From contig OZ320314.1 in the NCBI GenBank assembly GCA_976226885.1, positions 81,654,001-81,718,000 on the forward strand: a DNA stretch of 64,000 nucleotides, given 5' to 3'. The notes below the pieces were generated by a model. That model did not search any database, was not told the DNA's origin, and saw only the letters and a list, made by a program, of their open reading frames with translations. Source of the DNA: Iphione sp. A-MEVVRFRX5. Taxonomy: Eukaryota. Made by a program: the position numbers and the translations under genes. Numbering within the stretch: the stretch's first letter is position 1; each line of letters begins with the position of its first letter. This document shows, piece after piece, positions 63,621 through 64,000 of the stretch.

Positions 63621-64000
63621 TGAAATGTATATACATTGTATGTACATGTCTATAACAAATTTTTAAAAAACCCATGTCATAGGTTTACTCATAACAGTCT
63701 ATTTCCAGTATTATTCATCACTAAACCTCTGAGTGGATAAGGCGTCCTGCATTTTATTTACTCCCACTTTGAATTATTGACAGTAGAGCCACTCTAAGCT
63801 AGATAGGTGCCATATCAGCAGCCAAATTGATTGTGAAATGTGTGTGTGTGAGAGAGAGGCTTGTGTAAGCACTGAACGTGCTTGTCAAGCATATAAAATA
63901 CTTACAAATATCCAAGGAAAATAAAAGAAAAGCAATATTTCAATTCAAAATGAAAAGGATTACAGGAAACAGTAGAAACGGTTTCTGAAGCTTTATGCAC

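Overview
Animal (non-prokaryotic) genomic DNA, probably an invertebrate deuterostome such as amphioxus. That assignment is inferred from the repeat families and was not tested. I found no recognisable host protein-coding exon. The window looks like a gene-poor regulatory landscape: about 20 short CpG-rich islands carrying transcription-factor motifs, separated by AT-rich spacers that hold transposons. Supported elements: (i) three CR1/L2/Crack-type LINEs of different ages - a nearly complete APE+RT ORF2 on the minus strand with one in-frame stop (22.3-25.5 kb), a 5'-truncated open RT (39.8-41.4 kb) and a heavily decayed relic missed by the ORF track (46.9-48.6 kb); (ii) a decayed pogo/Tigger transposase (56.3-57.05 kb) plus four TA-flanked CAGT...ACTG MITEs; (iii) a PIF/Harbinger-type MITE (24-bp TIR, TTA TSD) and a diverged relative, each carrying about 250 bp of T-tracts phased at about 10.2 bp; (iv) a tRNA-derived, Deu-domain-like SINE; (v) microsatellites. 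Most interesting signals: the helically phased cargo in the MITEs, seven Pumilio-type UGUA(U/A)AUA elements in a LINE 3' UTR, a roughly 10-fold excess of TACATGTA that fits a Tc1/pogo excision footprint, and dense nuclear-receptor half-site clusters. All translations, counts and expectation values were done by hand and need computational confirmation. I found no CRISPR array, retron, DGR or other prokaryotic system.
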